DNA from: Patescibacteria group bacterium | GTDB taxonomy: Bacteria; Patescibacteriota; Minisyncoccia; Phycocordibacterales; Phycocordibacteraceae | Assembly: GCA_040388985.1 (NCBI GenBank) | Contig: JAZKAU010000001.1 | Location: 59,359-123,358, forward strand | DNA length: 64,000 nt | Direction of reading: 5' to 3' | The notes under the pieces: generated by a model | Seen by the model: only the letters and a program-made list of their open reading frames with translations | Database searches by the model: none | What the model was told of the DNA's origin: nothing | Position numbers and translations under genes: made by a program | Shown here: piece after piece, positions 11,008 to 23,510 of the stretch | Position numbering within the stretch: position 1 is the stretch's first letter | Layout: the number at the start of each line of letters is the position of its first letter

Positions 11008-11658
11008 ATGAATCTTACAAAAAGAACCAAGCTGATTATCGGAGTGATTGTCGCCATATTGCTCATAATCGTCATCGCGTATCTTACGCGCAATAGATGG
11101 AAGCCACTTCCGGTCATGACGACGTATATCGGCAGCGCATTCACCTTCTCCTATCCGCGCGCAAACCATTTAGAGGAATATTCGAGCGACGTCGTATCGG
11201 TACAGCGTCCATTCGGCGATACGTACTACCCGCTCGTCGAGGTCGTCCGCTACAAGAGCGATCCTGACGTCAAGCTTCCTAGCAGCTTCGAAGCCTACAT
11301 CAAGCAGCAAGCTGTGGCGCTTTGTGGCACTGACGGTTCTGTTGAGAGCATTACGTGCACCGGCGCTACGACTACGCCTTACGTGAATGCGCAGGGAATC
11401 GCAGGAGAGAAACTATCGCTTACTCTTGTCCGAAAGAATCTTACAACCGGGACGAGCACGACGACAGCCTTTGAGCCGATATACGTCTTCAACACGACTC
11501 CGGTGCATATGCCTTCAGGTGAGTCTTTGCGCTACCAAGCCATATTTATCTATCCGTCGCTTGCCGCATTCGTTGCCGGCAGTTCCACGCCCGCGCTTGA
11601 GAGCCAAATTATCGACTCGCTCAGCATCTCTGGCGGAGTTACTCACGAAGGCCAGTAG
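11008..11658 (+). CDS. Hypothetical membrane-anchored or secreted protein
   Basis: N-terminal TM helix (LIIGVIVAILLIIVIAYL), 216 aa. Confidence 0.4.
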   Translation: MNLTKRTKLIIGVIVAILLIIVIAYLTRNRWKPLPVMTTYIGSAFTFSYPRANHLEEYSSDVVSVQRPFGDTYYPLVEVVRYKSDPDVKLPSSFEAYIKQQAVALCGTDGSVESITCTGATTTPYVNAQGIAGEKLSLTLVRKNLTTGTSTTTAFEPIYVFNTTPVHMPSGESLRYQAIFIYPSLAAFVAGSSTPALESQIIDSLSISGGVTHEGQ

Positions 11659-11766
11659 AAGCTTGATCGGGTAGATCTTACCCTCAGGGAAACCAGACCC
11701 GATTCTTCGCGACTATACCCAGGGAAGGCTTGGGAATCAGGGTCCTGTGCCTGATACTCCGTATAT

Positions 11767-12207
11767 ATGATCCTGTCTCAATTCTTCGGCCCGCTTGAAC
11801 TGCATTTCGCGGTCGCGCTCGGTATCAGCCTTGTCCTCGGCTATCTTCTGGGAGCGGAGCGTGAGATGCGCGGCAAGGACGCAGGTATCAGCACGCACAT
11901 CCTGGTCATTTCAGGAGCGATGCTGTTTTCCATCGTCTCAGCGACTGACGTGCTTGCGCCGACCCGCATTGCCGCTCAAGTAGTTACCGGCATCGGCTTC
12001 CTCGGTGCAGGTCTCATATTCCATGTTGACGGAGGTGTGAAGAATCTGACGACGGCTGCCAGTCTATGGATCTCGGCCGCTATCGGCGTGGCGCTCGGTC
12101 TCGGCTTCTACGTTGTAGCGATTACCGCAGGCCTCATATCAGTGCTGGTGCCGCGCATTCCACGCGTCGGGATGAAGGAACGGGTGCATCCTGTCGAGCG
12201 TCCCTAG
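11767..12207 (+). CDS. MgtC/SapB family membrane protein
   Basis: LGYLLGAEREMRGKDAGISTHILVISGAMLFSIVS...GIGFLGAGLIF. Confidence 0.65.
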   Translation: MILSQFFGPLELHFAVALGISLVLGYLLGAEREMRGKDAGISTHILVISGAMLFSIVSATDVLAPTRIAAQVVTGIGFLGAGLIFHVDGGVKNLTTAASLWISAAIGVALGLGFYVVAITAGLISVLVPRIPRVGMKERVHPVERP

Positions 12208-12224
12208 TCGCTCTACGCAGCGCC

Positions 12225-12253
12225 ACAAAGGGCGGCCTACGGCCGCCCTTTGT
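12225..12253. terminator. Intrinsic terminator hairpin
   Basis: acaaagggcggcc-tacg-gccgccctttgt immediately after the MgtC-family gene. Confidence 0.6.
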
Positions 12254-13260
12254 GCTATCCTGGAGCATATATGCCCCACACCTCATCTGCTCCTGCTCCT
12301 CATGTCCCCGGCGTTGCCCGCACCACTCCCAAGGATTTCTTCCTCTGGCTTGGCGCTATCATCGCGCTCTATGGAAGCATTACGGCTTTTATCACCCTTC
12401 TGTACCAGTACGTTGACTACGCCTTCCCGGACGCTCTTGCAAGCTATGCCGACCCGTACGGTGCAGTGGTTCGCACGAGCATGGCGAGCCTCATCGTCCT
12501 TGCGCCCACCTGCGTCATCCTCTTTCGCCTCATCCGCAGGAACATCGTGGAAGATGCGAGCCGCGCGGATATCTGGGTGCGCAAATGGGCGCTCGTACTC
12601 ACTATCTTCATCGCAACCGCGACCATCCTCATTGATCTCATCACGCTCTTGAACACGTTCCTCGGAGGCGAGATAACCACCCGCTTCGGCCTCAAGGTGC
12701 TTATCATTCTGCTCGTCGCGGTCGGCATCTTCCTACATTTCTTGGCGGATCTCAAAGGCTACTGGGCACTCTGGCCTCGGCGCGCGAACGCGGCCGGCAT
12801 CGCCTTTGCTCTTGTCGCGCTTGTCGCCGTAGTTGCCGGCTTCTTCATCATCGGAACGCCGCAGCAGGCACGCCTGCTGCGGTATGACGAGCAGAAGATA
12901 AGCGATCTGCAGAATATCCAGTATCAAGTCCTCAACTACTGGCAGCTCAAGCGTTCATTGCCCGCGTCCCTCGACACCCTTACTGACCCTCTCTCCGGCT
13001 ACAATGTGCCCGCTGATCCTCAGGCAGGAGATGTCTACGAATACACCGCGACGGGACCCCTCGCCTTCAAGCTCTGTGCGACCTTCAATCGGACAAGCGC
13101 CGATACGAAAGGGCGCGGCAGCTATCCGGGGGACTCGTCGGTGGTGTATCCTTCTTATGGCGATCCGCAGCAGGGCAACTTCACCCACGCAGCAGGCCAT
13201 GTATGCTTTGACCGAACCATAGACCCTGAGCGCTATCCTGTCGTGGGCAAACCTATATAG
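12250..13260 (+). CDS. Polytopic membrane protein, unknown function
   Basis: 336 aa with several TM helices. Confidence 0.4.
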   Translation: MCYPGAYMPHTSSAPAPHVPGVARTTPKDFFLWLGAIIALYGSITAFITLLYQYVDYAFPDALASYADPYGAVVRTSMASLIVLAPTCVILFRLIRRNIVEDASRADIWVRKWALVLTIFIATATILIDLITLLNTFLGGEITTRFGLKVLIILLVAVGIFLHFLADLKGYWALWPRRANAAGIAFALVALVAVVAGFFIIGTPQQARLLRYDEQKISDLQNIQYQVLNYWQLKRSLPASLDTLTDPLSGYNVPADPQAGDVYEYTATGPLAFKLCATFNRTSADTKGRGSYPGDSSVVYPSYGDPQQGNFTHAAGHVCFDRTIDPERYPVVGKPI

Positions 13261-13296
13261 GTCTGACCTTGTGCGGCGATATCGTACTTCCTAGAT

Positions 13297-16194
<2,898 letters not shown>

Positions 16195-16238
16195 TGAACG
16201 ACTTGACAGGCTCGTATTTTGTATCGGAGTAAACATCA

Positions 16239-16266
16239 ATAATATGGCTTATCTAAGCCATATTAT
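16239..16266. promoter_or_regulatory. 28-bp perfect palindrome (candidate operator) upstream of the 3D-domain gene
   Basis: ataatatggctta-tc-taagccatattat, located between two cTTGACAg motifs at 16203 and 16303. Confidence 0.4.
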
Positions 16267-16366
16267 TATCCACAAGGACACAAAAATAGGGTGAAAATGC
16301 TTGACAGCGAGACCCTTGCCATGATAGGGTATCTAGGCAGAAGCGGCGTAAGCCGTTTTTGCGTTT

Positions 16367-16987
16367 ATGCCTTTCCTCATACCCGTTCTGGTGGGCCTTC
16401 TGGTCTTGCCGGCTAGCGTTATGGCTCCCGCCGAAACTGCGCATGCAGCGGCGCCAGCAGTCATGGCGAGCACGACACCGGTCGTGCAACTACCGGCTCC
16501 GAAGCTTGTAATCGCTCCCGTAGCAATTCCTGCCTTCACGACCAAACTCACCGCATATAATGCCGTTCCGTCGCAAACTGATAACAACCCGTTTACGACT
16601 GCGTCCGGCGCGTTCTCGAACCCCGAAGTTGTCGCGGCTCGCTCAGGCGATCTCGCATACAAGCTTCCGTACGGTACGGTCATCGCGATCGAGCGCACGA
16701 GTTCAGACAATCCTTCCTGCCTATACAGCAAGGTTGAGTCCCAGATCGGCTACCGCGTCATAGCGGATGCCATGAACCCGCGCATCACGAACACGATAGA
16801 CGTGCTTCTCGACCAGAACAAGACTGTTCCGGTAGGTGGAAGTCTGATTAACCCGGGACGTGCGCTCGGTCTCTGCGGAGCAGTTTCCATCCGCGTAGTG
16901 GGCAAGGTAGCCGTGAAGGATATTCCGGCGACTCAGGCTGAACTCGCCGCTATGGTAACTGGTTCGACAGAGCTCGCAGTGCGATAA
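16367..16987 (+). CDS. Secreted 3D-domain protein (MltA/YocH-like cell-wall-binding fold)
   Basis: Signal peptide; LTAYNAVPSQTDNNPFTTASG...LPYGTVIAI...YRVIADAMNPRITNTIDVLLD resembles the 3D domain. Confidence 0.5.
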   Translation: MPFLIPVLVGLLVLPASVMAPAETAHAAAPAVMASTTPVVQLPAPKLVIAPVAIPAFTTKLTAYNAVPSQTDNNPFTTASGAFSNPEVVAARSGDLAYKLPYGTVIAIERTSSDNPSCLYSKVESQIGYRVIADAMNPRITNTIDVLLDQNKTVPVGGSLINPGRALGLCGAVSIRVVGKVAVKDIPATQAELAAMVTGSTELAVR

Positions 16988-17004
16988 GTTTCGTTACTTT
17001 AGCC

Positions 17005-17046
17005 AAAAGAACCCATGCCGCCCTTCCGGGCGACTGGGTTCTTTTG
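17005..17046. terminator. Intrinsic terminator hairpin
   Basis: aaaagaaccca...tgggttcttttg nested GC stem after the 3D-domain gene. Confidence 0.5.
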
Positions 17047-17103
17047 CGTTGCAACACATGTGAAAATTCTATCCCTAAGTCAAGTAAGGTATTATAAGTT
17101 TAT

Positions 17104-17817
17104 ATGAATGCCACCCTTCCAAACATCTCGTGGAAGTCAGTTCTCGTCGGGATGCTAGTAGGTGGGGTATTAGTATTTGCGGCCTTTCAGTTAATCAATT
17201 CGACACAGAAGTCAGCCATGATTCAACAGGGGACCTTGCCTGCGAACACAGCATCCAGTACAAAAAAGATTCACTGGAGAGTTCCGGGGAATCAAGCATT
17301 TTTTAATATAGATGCGCAGGTACCGATGAACTGGAGTGTAAGCGGCTATGACTCATCAGGAACAAGCCGATTGGAACATGAATCAGACGGCTCATGGTCC
17401 ACTGAAGTAGGAACGCCAGTCCTATCAGTCTCGCCAAATATTACCTTGGCGTTATCACCGACCGCACCAAGCAACCCTGGAGGCCAGATTGATATATATG
17501 TCTTTGGGAAAGATACTCCTCATCTCTCGGAACTTTATGATCCCAAGCGTAGAGCTGGTGATGTCACTACCACATCGCTTGAAAAGGTCGGCCCCTATAC
17601 CGCAGAAGTAATAACCTGCTGTCATGATGATAGGAATCCTTCAGCTTCTTACGTTAAGAATCTTGATAAGACGTATATAATTCGATTTACCGATGATCCA
17701 GCACTTGGAGCTGTAACTTTTGACGTCCGTACAGAAGGTCTTACACCGCAGGAAGTGCAGGAATATGAAGAGGTAATCAACTCGCTTCGATTCTCAACGC
17801 AGACAAGTAATGACTAA
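17104..17817 (+). CDS. Hypothetical secreted protein (AT-richer segment)
   Basis: N-terminal TM/signal helix, 237 aa; lower GC than neighbours. Confidence 0.4.
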   Translation: MNATLPNISWKSVLVGMLVGGVLVFAAFQLINSTQKSAMIQQGTLPANTASSTKKIHWRVPGNQAFFNIDAQVPMNWSVSGYDSSGTSRLEHESDGSWSTEVGTPVLSVSPNITLALSPTAPSNPGGQIDIYVFGKDTPHLSELYDPKRRAGDVTTTSLEKVGPYTAEVITCCHDDRNPSASYVKNLDKTYIIRFTDDPALGAVTFDVRTEGLTPQEVQEYEEVINSLRFSTQTSND

Positions 17818-17879
17818 AGGGAAAGTATGAAATTCTCAACGTTATTCGGTACAGCCGACAACTTTCATGTAATTTACTT

Positions 17880-18278
17880 ATGAAGCCAGATCCGCGCTTA
17901 CATCACGCCGCAAAGCGAATACGACCAGGAAGTCTTGAAAACGTACTTGAAATGTTTGAAATTCTAGGATGCAAGCCATCATATCAGCCAAAAGGTACGA
18001 GATGGGTAATGCTCGCTCAAGACGGGCTTGATTTTGATATTCAACTAATTGAAGTAGAAGGAACACCATTAGAAGGTGAGGCGCGGCGAGATTCTCAAAT
18101 CTCCTTCGTGTCTCAGAGTCCGCTCGAGCATATTGAGAAAGTACGTCTTTGGGCTGAAGAGAAAAAGCTTACTTTTCTTCATAAATCTTGGAATGAACAC
18201 GAACACTACTTTGACTTACCAGGGCTCTTTGTGGATTGGGTAGTAGAGATCATGCATGTATCCGTAGTGGGTGAGTAG
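17880..18278 (+). CDS. Hypothetical protein
   Basis: 132-aa ORF in the AT-richer segment. Confidence 0.3.
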   Translation: MKPDPRLHHAAKRIRPGSLENVLEMFEILGCKPSYQPKGTRWVMLAQDGLDFDIQLIEVEGTPLEGEARRDSQISFVSQSPLEHIEKVRLWAEEKKLTFLHKSWNEHEHYFDLPGLFVDWVVEIMHVSVVGE

Positions 18279-18311
18279 GATTCCAGCACGTCCAAGGTTC
18301 AGGGTATAATC

Positions 18312-18611
18312 ATGCATATGACACCGGGAGAACATCTACTTGCTATTGCAGACGCCGGACTCGCGTTCTCTGACCTACCGGCAGAAGACTCGAGACTTGG
18401 CATACTCCTTGATATAGAGAACATACTGGATAAAGGCAGGGGATATGCCAATTTGGAAGAGCGTTCACTGGTAAATAAGAAAATGGACGAACTGCGCGGC
18501 AGGATAAGAACCATTCTCGACTCCATACCAACTGAAGAGGCGATGGCATTTATGACGCAACGAGGGCGCGGAGCACAGAATCAGTTCGCCATTACCGGCA
18601 GACCGGAGTAG
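18312..18611 (+). CDS. Hypothetical protein
   Basis: 99-aa ORF. Confidence 0.3.
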   Translation: MHMTPGEHLLAIADAGLAFSDLPAEDSRLGILLDIENILDKGRGYANLEERSLVNKKMDELRGRIRTILDSIPTEEAMAFMTQRGRGAQNQFAITGRPE

Positions 18612-18990
18612 GGTACGAGGTTTCTATCTTAATTTGCATCAACGGAATTTCTGCTTTACTGCAAGCTGACGAGCGCAAGCACGATTATCGTCATGGCGCC
18701 GAATATAGCGAGAGTCTTCAGGAAGTAGGATACGGCTTCGGCTCTTTTGTGCTCCAGGAGCCTGAGTACGGGCTGATAGAAGAAGAGAAAGGCCATGACC
18801 GCTACTGGAGCGATACAGGAACCGAGAGATACAGTTTGGAGTTCGAGACCTGTCTGAGCGGATTCGGACTAACGGGGAAATAATCACTTAAGGGTAGCTT
18901 TGCATATAGTTCCCCCTTATGAATATTGACAGATATCATTTAACAGGTTACTATCCGCGCAGACATTCCGCTTAGACAGGGTACGGAAGG

Positions 18991-19032
18991 TTCTAGCAAT
19001 AAGCAGCTTCAGCAGGCTCTTTATTGCTAGAA
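18991..19032. promoter_or_regulatory. 12-bp inverted repeat ttctagcaataa/ttattgctagaa plus a third half-site, upstream of the high-GC lipoprotein gene
   Basis: ttctagcaataag-N18-ttattgctagaacgttctagca, read directly. Confidence 0.35.
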
Positions 19033-19082
19033 CGTTCTAGCACCGCTGCCTCGGGCACGGTTCATTTTCAAGGGGAATCCCA

Positions 19083-19754
19083 ATGCGCAGCAAATTCATC
19101 GGTACCGCCATCATCTTCGCCGCCGCGTTCGCCCTCTCCGGCTGCACCAAGACCGAAACCTATGCGCCCTCGACCGACGGCGAGAACAAGACGCCGATCG
19201 TGCTGACCGGCGCCGACGTTCGCGTCTTCAACGGCCCGCTCGAAGCCGCCGTCCAGCCGGGCGGCGCCTCGTTCGAGTCGATGCTCCGGCAGGCGAACAT
19301 CAGCTATGACGCGGCCATTCCGGACGCGATCGCCGATGGCAACCTCAAGGATCACGAGTATGCGCCGGCGAAGACGCCGACGTTGCGCGCGGTCACGCTC
19401 GAAGATCTGGTCCCGGACCGTGACGACAATCACGGCAATCGCGACGTGATCGTCCCGACGTCCGTGGTGTTGGAACTGCTCAAGGTCAGCCATCTGCGTC
19501 CCGCGACCTACGTCCAGGCGGGCCAGTATGGCCTCGTTTCGGACGTGGATGGCCGTCGCAGCGGCTGCAACGGCCGCCTGGTCGCCCTCGGTTCGGAAAC
19601 GGGCGACGGTCGGTTCGTCGTCTTCGACGACGGCTGCCGCGCGGCACGGCTGATGGACCCCGACGGCAAGGGCCAGGGCTGGAAGATCGGCACCCGGTTC
19701 CTCGTGGTCGCCGACGAGCCGATGCCGGTCAAGCCCGAAACGTCCAAGCCGTAG
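19083..19754 (+). CDS. Lipoprotein of unknown function, strikingly high GC (~67%)
   Basis: Lipobox FALSGC; strong GC3 bias unlike flanking genes; own upstream palindrome and downstream terminator. Confidence 0.55.
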   Translation: MRSKFIGTAIIFAAAFALSGCTKTETYAPSTDGENKTPIVLTGADVRVFNGPLEAAVQPGGASFESMLRQANISYDAAIPDAIADGNLKDHEYAPAKTPTLRAVTLEDLVPDRDDNHGNRDVIVPTSVVLELLKVSHLRPATYVQAGQYGLVSDVDGRRSGCNGRLVALGSETGDGRFVVFDDGCRAARLMDPDGKGQGWKIGTRFLVVADEPMPVKPETSKP

Positions 19755-19802
19755 GGCTGCGGCGCACTGCTCTTCCATTCCTCTAACCAACTACCAAGTT
19801 GG

Positions 19803-19835
19803 AAAGCCACCTCCCGTACGCGGAAGGTGGCTTTT
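19803..19835. terminator. Intrinsic terminator hairpin
   Basis: aaagccacctcccgtacgcggaaggtggctttt. Confidence 0.55.
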
Positions 19836-19874
19836 CGCATATGGACTTGAAGTCGCGGTGAAAGAAAAGCTGAC

Positions 19875-21575
19875 GTGATACGTCTGAATTGGTATACTCA
19901 ACCTATGAAAACTGCACCTTACTTTATGACCATCTCGCGCGTATTCGCGCTTCTCATGATTATCGGCTTAGTAGGCGGTACATTCGCACCCTCCGCGCTT
20001 GCTGCCTCTTCTTCTTCGAAAACGACGAAACCCTCCTCGAGTTCCTCTACGCTCGAATTCTCAGGCTGGGTACCGTACTGGGCTACGGTAAAAGGTGCAG
20101 CTGATGCTGACGCGAATCTTTCCCAGCTTACGGAAGTGAATCCCTTCGGCTACACGGTAAAGTCGGACGGAAGCCTGAATGATGCGATGAGTCTCGGCAC
20201 CTCTGACTGGCAGAATCTGTTCAGGGACGCCCGGAAGAAAGGCGTGAAGATCGTACCTACCGTCATGTGGTCGGACACGAACGGTATCTACAACATACTG
20301 AGTAGTCCCGTGACGCGCACCGCGCATATCCAGTCGATCGTGAACGCAGTCAAACAAAACGGCTTCGACGGCGTCGACATCGACTATGAGGGCAAGAGCG
20401 CAGAGACCCGCGACGCGTATTCCGCCTTTCTCGGGGAACTTTCTGCAGCGCTCTACAAGGCAGATAAGAACGTGACGCTCGACTGTACCATCGAAGCGCG
20501 CATGCCGCTTTCCGCGCGCTATGCAGGAACGCCTCCCGCCAATATCGAGTACGCCAACGACCTGCCCAAGGTGAACCAGTACTGCGACCGCGTACGCGTC
20601 ATGACCTACGACCAGCAGACGGCCGACCTTCAGTTGAATGCTCAGCATTCAAGCGAGCTGTACGCGCCTGTCGCTGATACGGCCTGGGTAAAGAAGGTCG
20701 TAGACTATATGGGCTCGGATATAGATAAGAAGAAGATGGTCATCGGCGTGGCGACCTATGGCGCCGAATACCAGGCCATGAGCAATCAGGACGGCAGCGG
20801 CTTCACCTATACGAAGACGGCCTCGCTTAATCCTCAGTATGCCCTCGATACGGCGAAGCAGTACAGTATCACCCCCGTCCGGAACGCTTCAGGCGAGCTT
20901 TCATTCAGCTACGTTCCCCGCGAGCAGAGTTCCATGCTGCCGAGCAATCAGCAGCTTTCAGCGCTTGCTCCCAAGGGTACGCCTTCCGGACTTCTCGCAG
21001 CGCTCGGTGCTATCGCCTACGCGAAGACTCAGAATCGCCAGGCACCGGTCACCTTCCTGACCTGGAGCGACGCCACGGCTATACAGGACAAGGCAACTCT
21101 GGCAAAGAAGCTTGGCGTTGCCGGTATCGCTATTTTCAAGCTTGATGGCGGGGAAGACCCGGCCATGTGGGCTTCGCTTGCAAGCGTTGCTGCGCCTGCT
21201 CCTGCGGCAAGCGTATCGCGCGCGACGAATGCGCCTGTGCCGGTAATCGTTCCCGTAATCACGGGCACCACGACCCCTACGACGACGCCTGTCTCGACTA
21301 CGACAGTTCCTGTGCCTCCCACCACCCCGCCCGTCGTAAACACTCCTCCCGTATCAGCCGCGACTGCCTTTAAGACCGACCTTATGTTCGGCGCAGACGG
21401 TGCAGATGTGACCCGGCTTCAGAAGATACTTATTACCAAGGGCTACCTGAAGGCAAGCGCGAACGGCCACTTCGGTCCAGCCACTCTGGCCGCTCTCAAG
21501 GCCTGGCAGCAGGCTGCAGGCCTTCCAGCAACCGGGAACCTGGGTCCTCTGAGCCGCGCGAAGATAGCGAAGTAG
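19875..21575 (+). CDS. Secreted GH18 (chitinase-like) glycoside hydrolase with Pro/Thr linker and C-terminal peptidoglycan-binding domain
   Basis: GH18 catalytic motif FDGVDIDYEG; PT-rich linker; C-terminal GADGADVTRLQKILITKGYL...GPATLAALKAWQQAAGLPATG (PG_binding_1-like). Confidence 0.7.
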   Translation: MIRLNWYTQPMKTAPYFMTISRVFALLMIIGLVGGTFAPSALAASSSSKTTKPSSSSSTLEFSGWVPYWATVKGAADADANLSQLTEVNPFGYTVKSDGSLNDAMSLGTSDWQNLFRDARKKGVKIVPTVMWSDTNGIYNILSSPVTRTAHIQSIVNAVKQNGFDGVDIDYEGKSAETRDAYSAFLGELSAALYKADKNVTLDCTIEARMPLSARYAGTPPANIEYANDLPKVNQYCDRVRVMTYDQQTADLQLNAQHSSELYAPVADTAWVKKVVDYMGSDIDKKKMVIGVATYGAEYQAMSNQDGSGFTYTKTASLNPQYALDTAKQYSITPVRNASGELSFSYVPREQSSMLPSNQQLSALAPKGTPSGLLAALGAIAYAKTQNRQAPVTFLTWSDATAIQDKATLAKKLGVAGIAIFKLDGGEDPAMWASLASVAAPAPAASVSRATNAPVPVIVPVITGTTTPTTTPVSTTTVPVPPTTPPVVNTPPVSAATAFKTDLMFGADGADVTRLQKILITKGYLKASANGHFGPATLAALKAWQQAAGLPATGNLGPLSRAKIAK

Positions 21576-21621
21576 GCTCTAGTTCGACTACTACCTGATC
21601 TGGAGTAGAATACTCACACGT

Positions 21622-22062
21622 ATGGCATCAGCACGGCGTTCGTATACTCCCATAAGCACGCCTCTCATGGTGAAGCGCTCCTATGCGGGTCTGGGCTTAT
21701 TCGCAGGAGCCGCTATCCCCAAGGGGGCCTGTATCATCGAATACGTAGGCCGGGAAGTATCTGATAAAGAGAAATACACGAGCAAGAGCCGGTATCTCTT
21801 CGAGATAAGCAAGACGAAGACTATAGATGGCAAGCCTGCCATAAACAAGGCGGGATATATCAATCACGCATGCAAGGCGAATGCTGAGCCGGTCATTCAT
21901 GATAAGCGCATATTCATCTTTGCGACGCGCGCCATAAGGCCCGGAGAAGAGATAACATATGACTATGGGAAGGAGTATGTAGACACCTATTGCAGCCCGT
22001 GTAAGTGCACGAGCTGTATGGAACAGGCTTCTAAAGGATCAGTCGCAAAAAGCAAGAAATAA
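21622..22062 (+). CDS. SET-domain protein (putative lysine methyltransferase)
   Basis: GLGLFAGAAIPKGACIIEYVG, NHACKANAEP, EEITYDYG, post-SET Cys cluster CSPCKCTSC. Confidence 0.65.
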   Translation: MASARRSYTPISTPLMVKRSYAGLGLFAGAAIPKGACIIEYVGREVSDKEKYTSKSRYLFEISKTKTIDGKPAINKAGYINHACKANAEPVIHDKRIFIFATRAIRPGEEITYDYGKEYVDTYCSPCKCTSCMEQASKGSVAKSKK

Positions 22063-22075
22063 GGCTACCCCCCCT

Positions 22076-22363
22076 ATGAAAAAGCGACCGAAGCAGTATC
22101 GACAAGAAATCTACAACTTTATAGAGGATCGTCTCGGGCGCCTTCTTACTATCGACGAGCATGACGAGTTGCGCGATCTTATCTTCGACTACGTCTTCAG
22201 TACTCGTAATCTGCGCGCGGTACTCTCACGCACATTCTGCCGCCACGAGTGGGAGGTGGATAAGAAGGTTGAGGGGGGCGAGAGATTCCTTCTGTACGTG
22301 AAATGTGCGAAATGCGATACGCGCACATCTAAGAAGATGCCAACTCGCTCGGTGCGGCTCTGA
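22076..22363 (+). CDS. Hypothetical small protein with CxxH...CxxC motif
   Basis: 95-aa ORF; FCRHEW...CAKCDTR. Confidence 0.3.
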   Translation: MKKRPKQYRQEIYNFIEDRLGRLLTIDEHDELRDLIFDYVFSTRNLRAVLSRTFCRHEWEVDKKVEGGERFLLYVKCAKCDTRTSKKMPTRSVRL

Positions 22364-22497
22364 GAGCTGAAATCTTGAAGCCGTCAAAAAACCCGATATG
22401 CAAGGCGGAGCAGAACGAGAGCTCGAGTCGTACTAGGGCGTACGGTGAGAGCTCAAGTGATAGCGACAACGCAGCAGATCGGGGAATTTTGGCAGCT

Positions 22498-23409
22498 TCA
22501 ATCGAAGAGAGTGCCTAAATAGCCGTCGATCTCTCGCTGGTCCAGTTCATAGAAATACTCGTCATCGTCGTGGAGCTTCTGGGCGAGCGCCGTTCCTACG
22601 AAGCGCCAATGCCAGGGCTCATATTGGTAATACGCGTTCTTCGGTGGGTAGGAAAGTATGAAGCCGTATTTCCAGGCATTATCCGTAAGCCAGGCGTATT
22701 CGCCGGTCTTGTCGAATCCGGCGAATGTCGTGCCGACCTTCGTGGTCGTGAAATCCAGTGCCGTGCCGAGCTGATGCTCCGAATATCCTTGATCGGCCGA
22801 GAAAGAGTTCGCGGTACCGGCACCATACGTCACGCGATAGCTTGATTTGAGACCAGCCTGAGTGTCGAAGGAGCGGTATGCGGATATAACTAAGATGTCC
22901 TGGCCGTCATCATGAGCATCTTTAAGTAATTGCTCAAGCCGTGGCTCAACCTGACCTTGCACTTTCAGTACGCGAGTCTTTTCATAATTATATTCGGAAG
23001 GTATGGGGGCAAGTACTAGCGGGACGTAGTTCTCGTTCAGGAAATATACCTTCGAATATTTCTTGAGGAGTTCAGCATCGGTATCTATGCGCTTCTGGAG
23101 GGCTGCCGCGGTCGAGGAAGAGGTCCTCGCTTCTATCGCTATCGCGTCAGCCCGCTCCTGTTCGTGGGTAAGCTGCCCCTCAAGCGATATCCTGGAGGCC
23201 GTCTCATCCGCGAGCTTCGCCTGCAAGTCGGTCGTCTCGGCAAGGTATGCCCGGGTGCTCGAAGCGAGCTCTGTTGAAAGAGCAGCGCGCTCGCGGGCAA
23301 GCGTATAGGTGCGCCAGCCAAGATAGCCGGCAGCGACGACTACGCAGAAAGAAAGTCCCGCAAGAGCATACAGAAGCGGACGAGGGAAGGTAGTAAGGAC
23401 GGAAGGCAT
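22498..23409 (-). CDS. M15B (VanY-like) D-alanyl-D-alanine carboxypeptidase with N-terminal TM helix and coiled coil
   Basis: ISAYRSFDTQ...YSEHQLGTALDF (SxHxxGxAxD zinc-binding motif). Confidence 0.65.
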   Translation of the reverse strand: MPSVLTTFPRPLLYALAGLSFCVVVAAGYLGWRTYTLARERAALSTELASSTRAYLAETTDLQAKLADETASRISLEGQLTHEQERADAIAIEARTSSSTAAALQKRIDTDAELLKKYSKVYFLNENYVPLVLAPIPSEYNYEKTRVLKVQGQVEPRLEQLLKDAHDDGQDILVISAYRSFDTQAGLKSSYRVTYGAGTANSFSADQGYSEHQLGTALDFTTTKVGTTFAGFDKTGEYAWLTDNAWKYGFILSYPPKNAYYQYEPWHWRFVGTALAQKLHDDDEYFYELDQREIDGYLGTLFD

Positions 23410-23510
23410 ACCCTCATACTGCCTGTACGGGCGGCTACGTCAAGCGAGGTCATGCGTGAACCTACCCCTTCATTTCTCATTCAGAGGCACTGTGCGTAAA
23501 ATAGAAGGAC

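Noticed and set aside
18639-18887. 82-aa minus-strand ORF
   Set aside because: Arg/Ser-rich nonsense-like translation, more likely a non-coding spacer.
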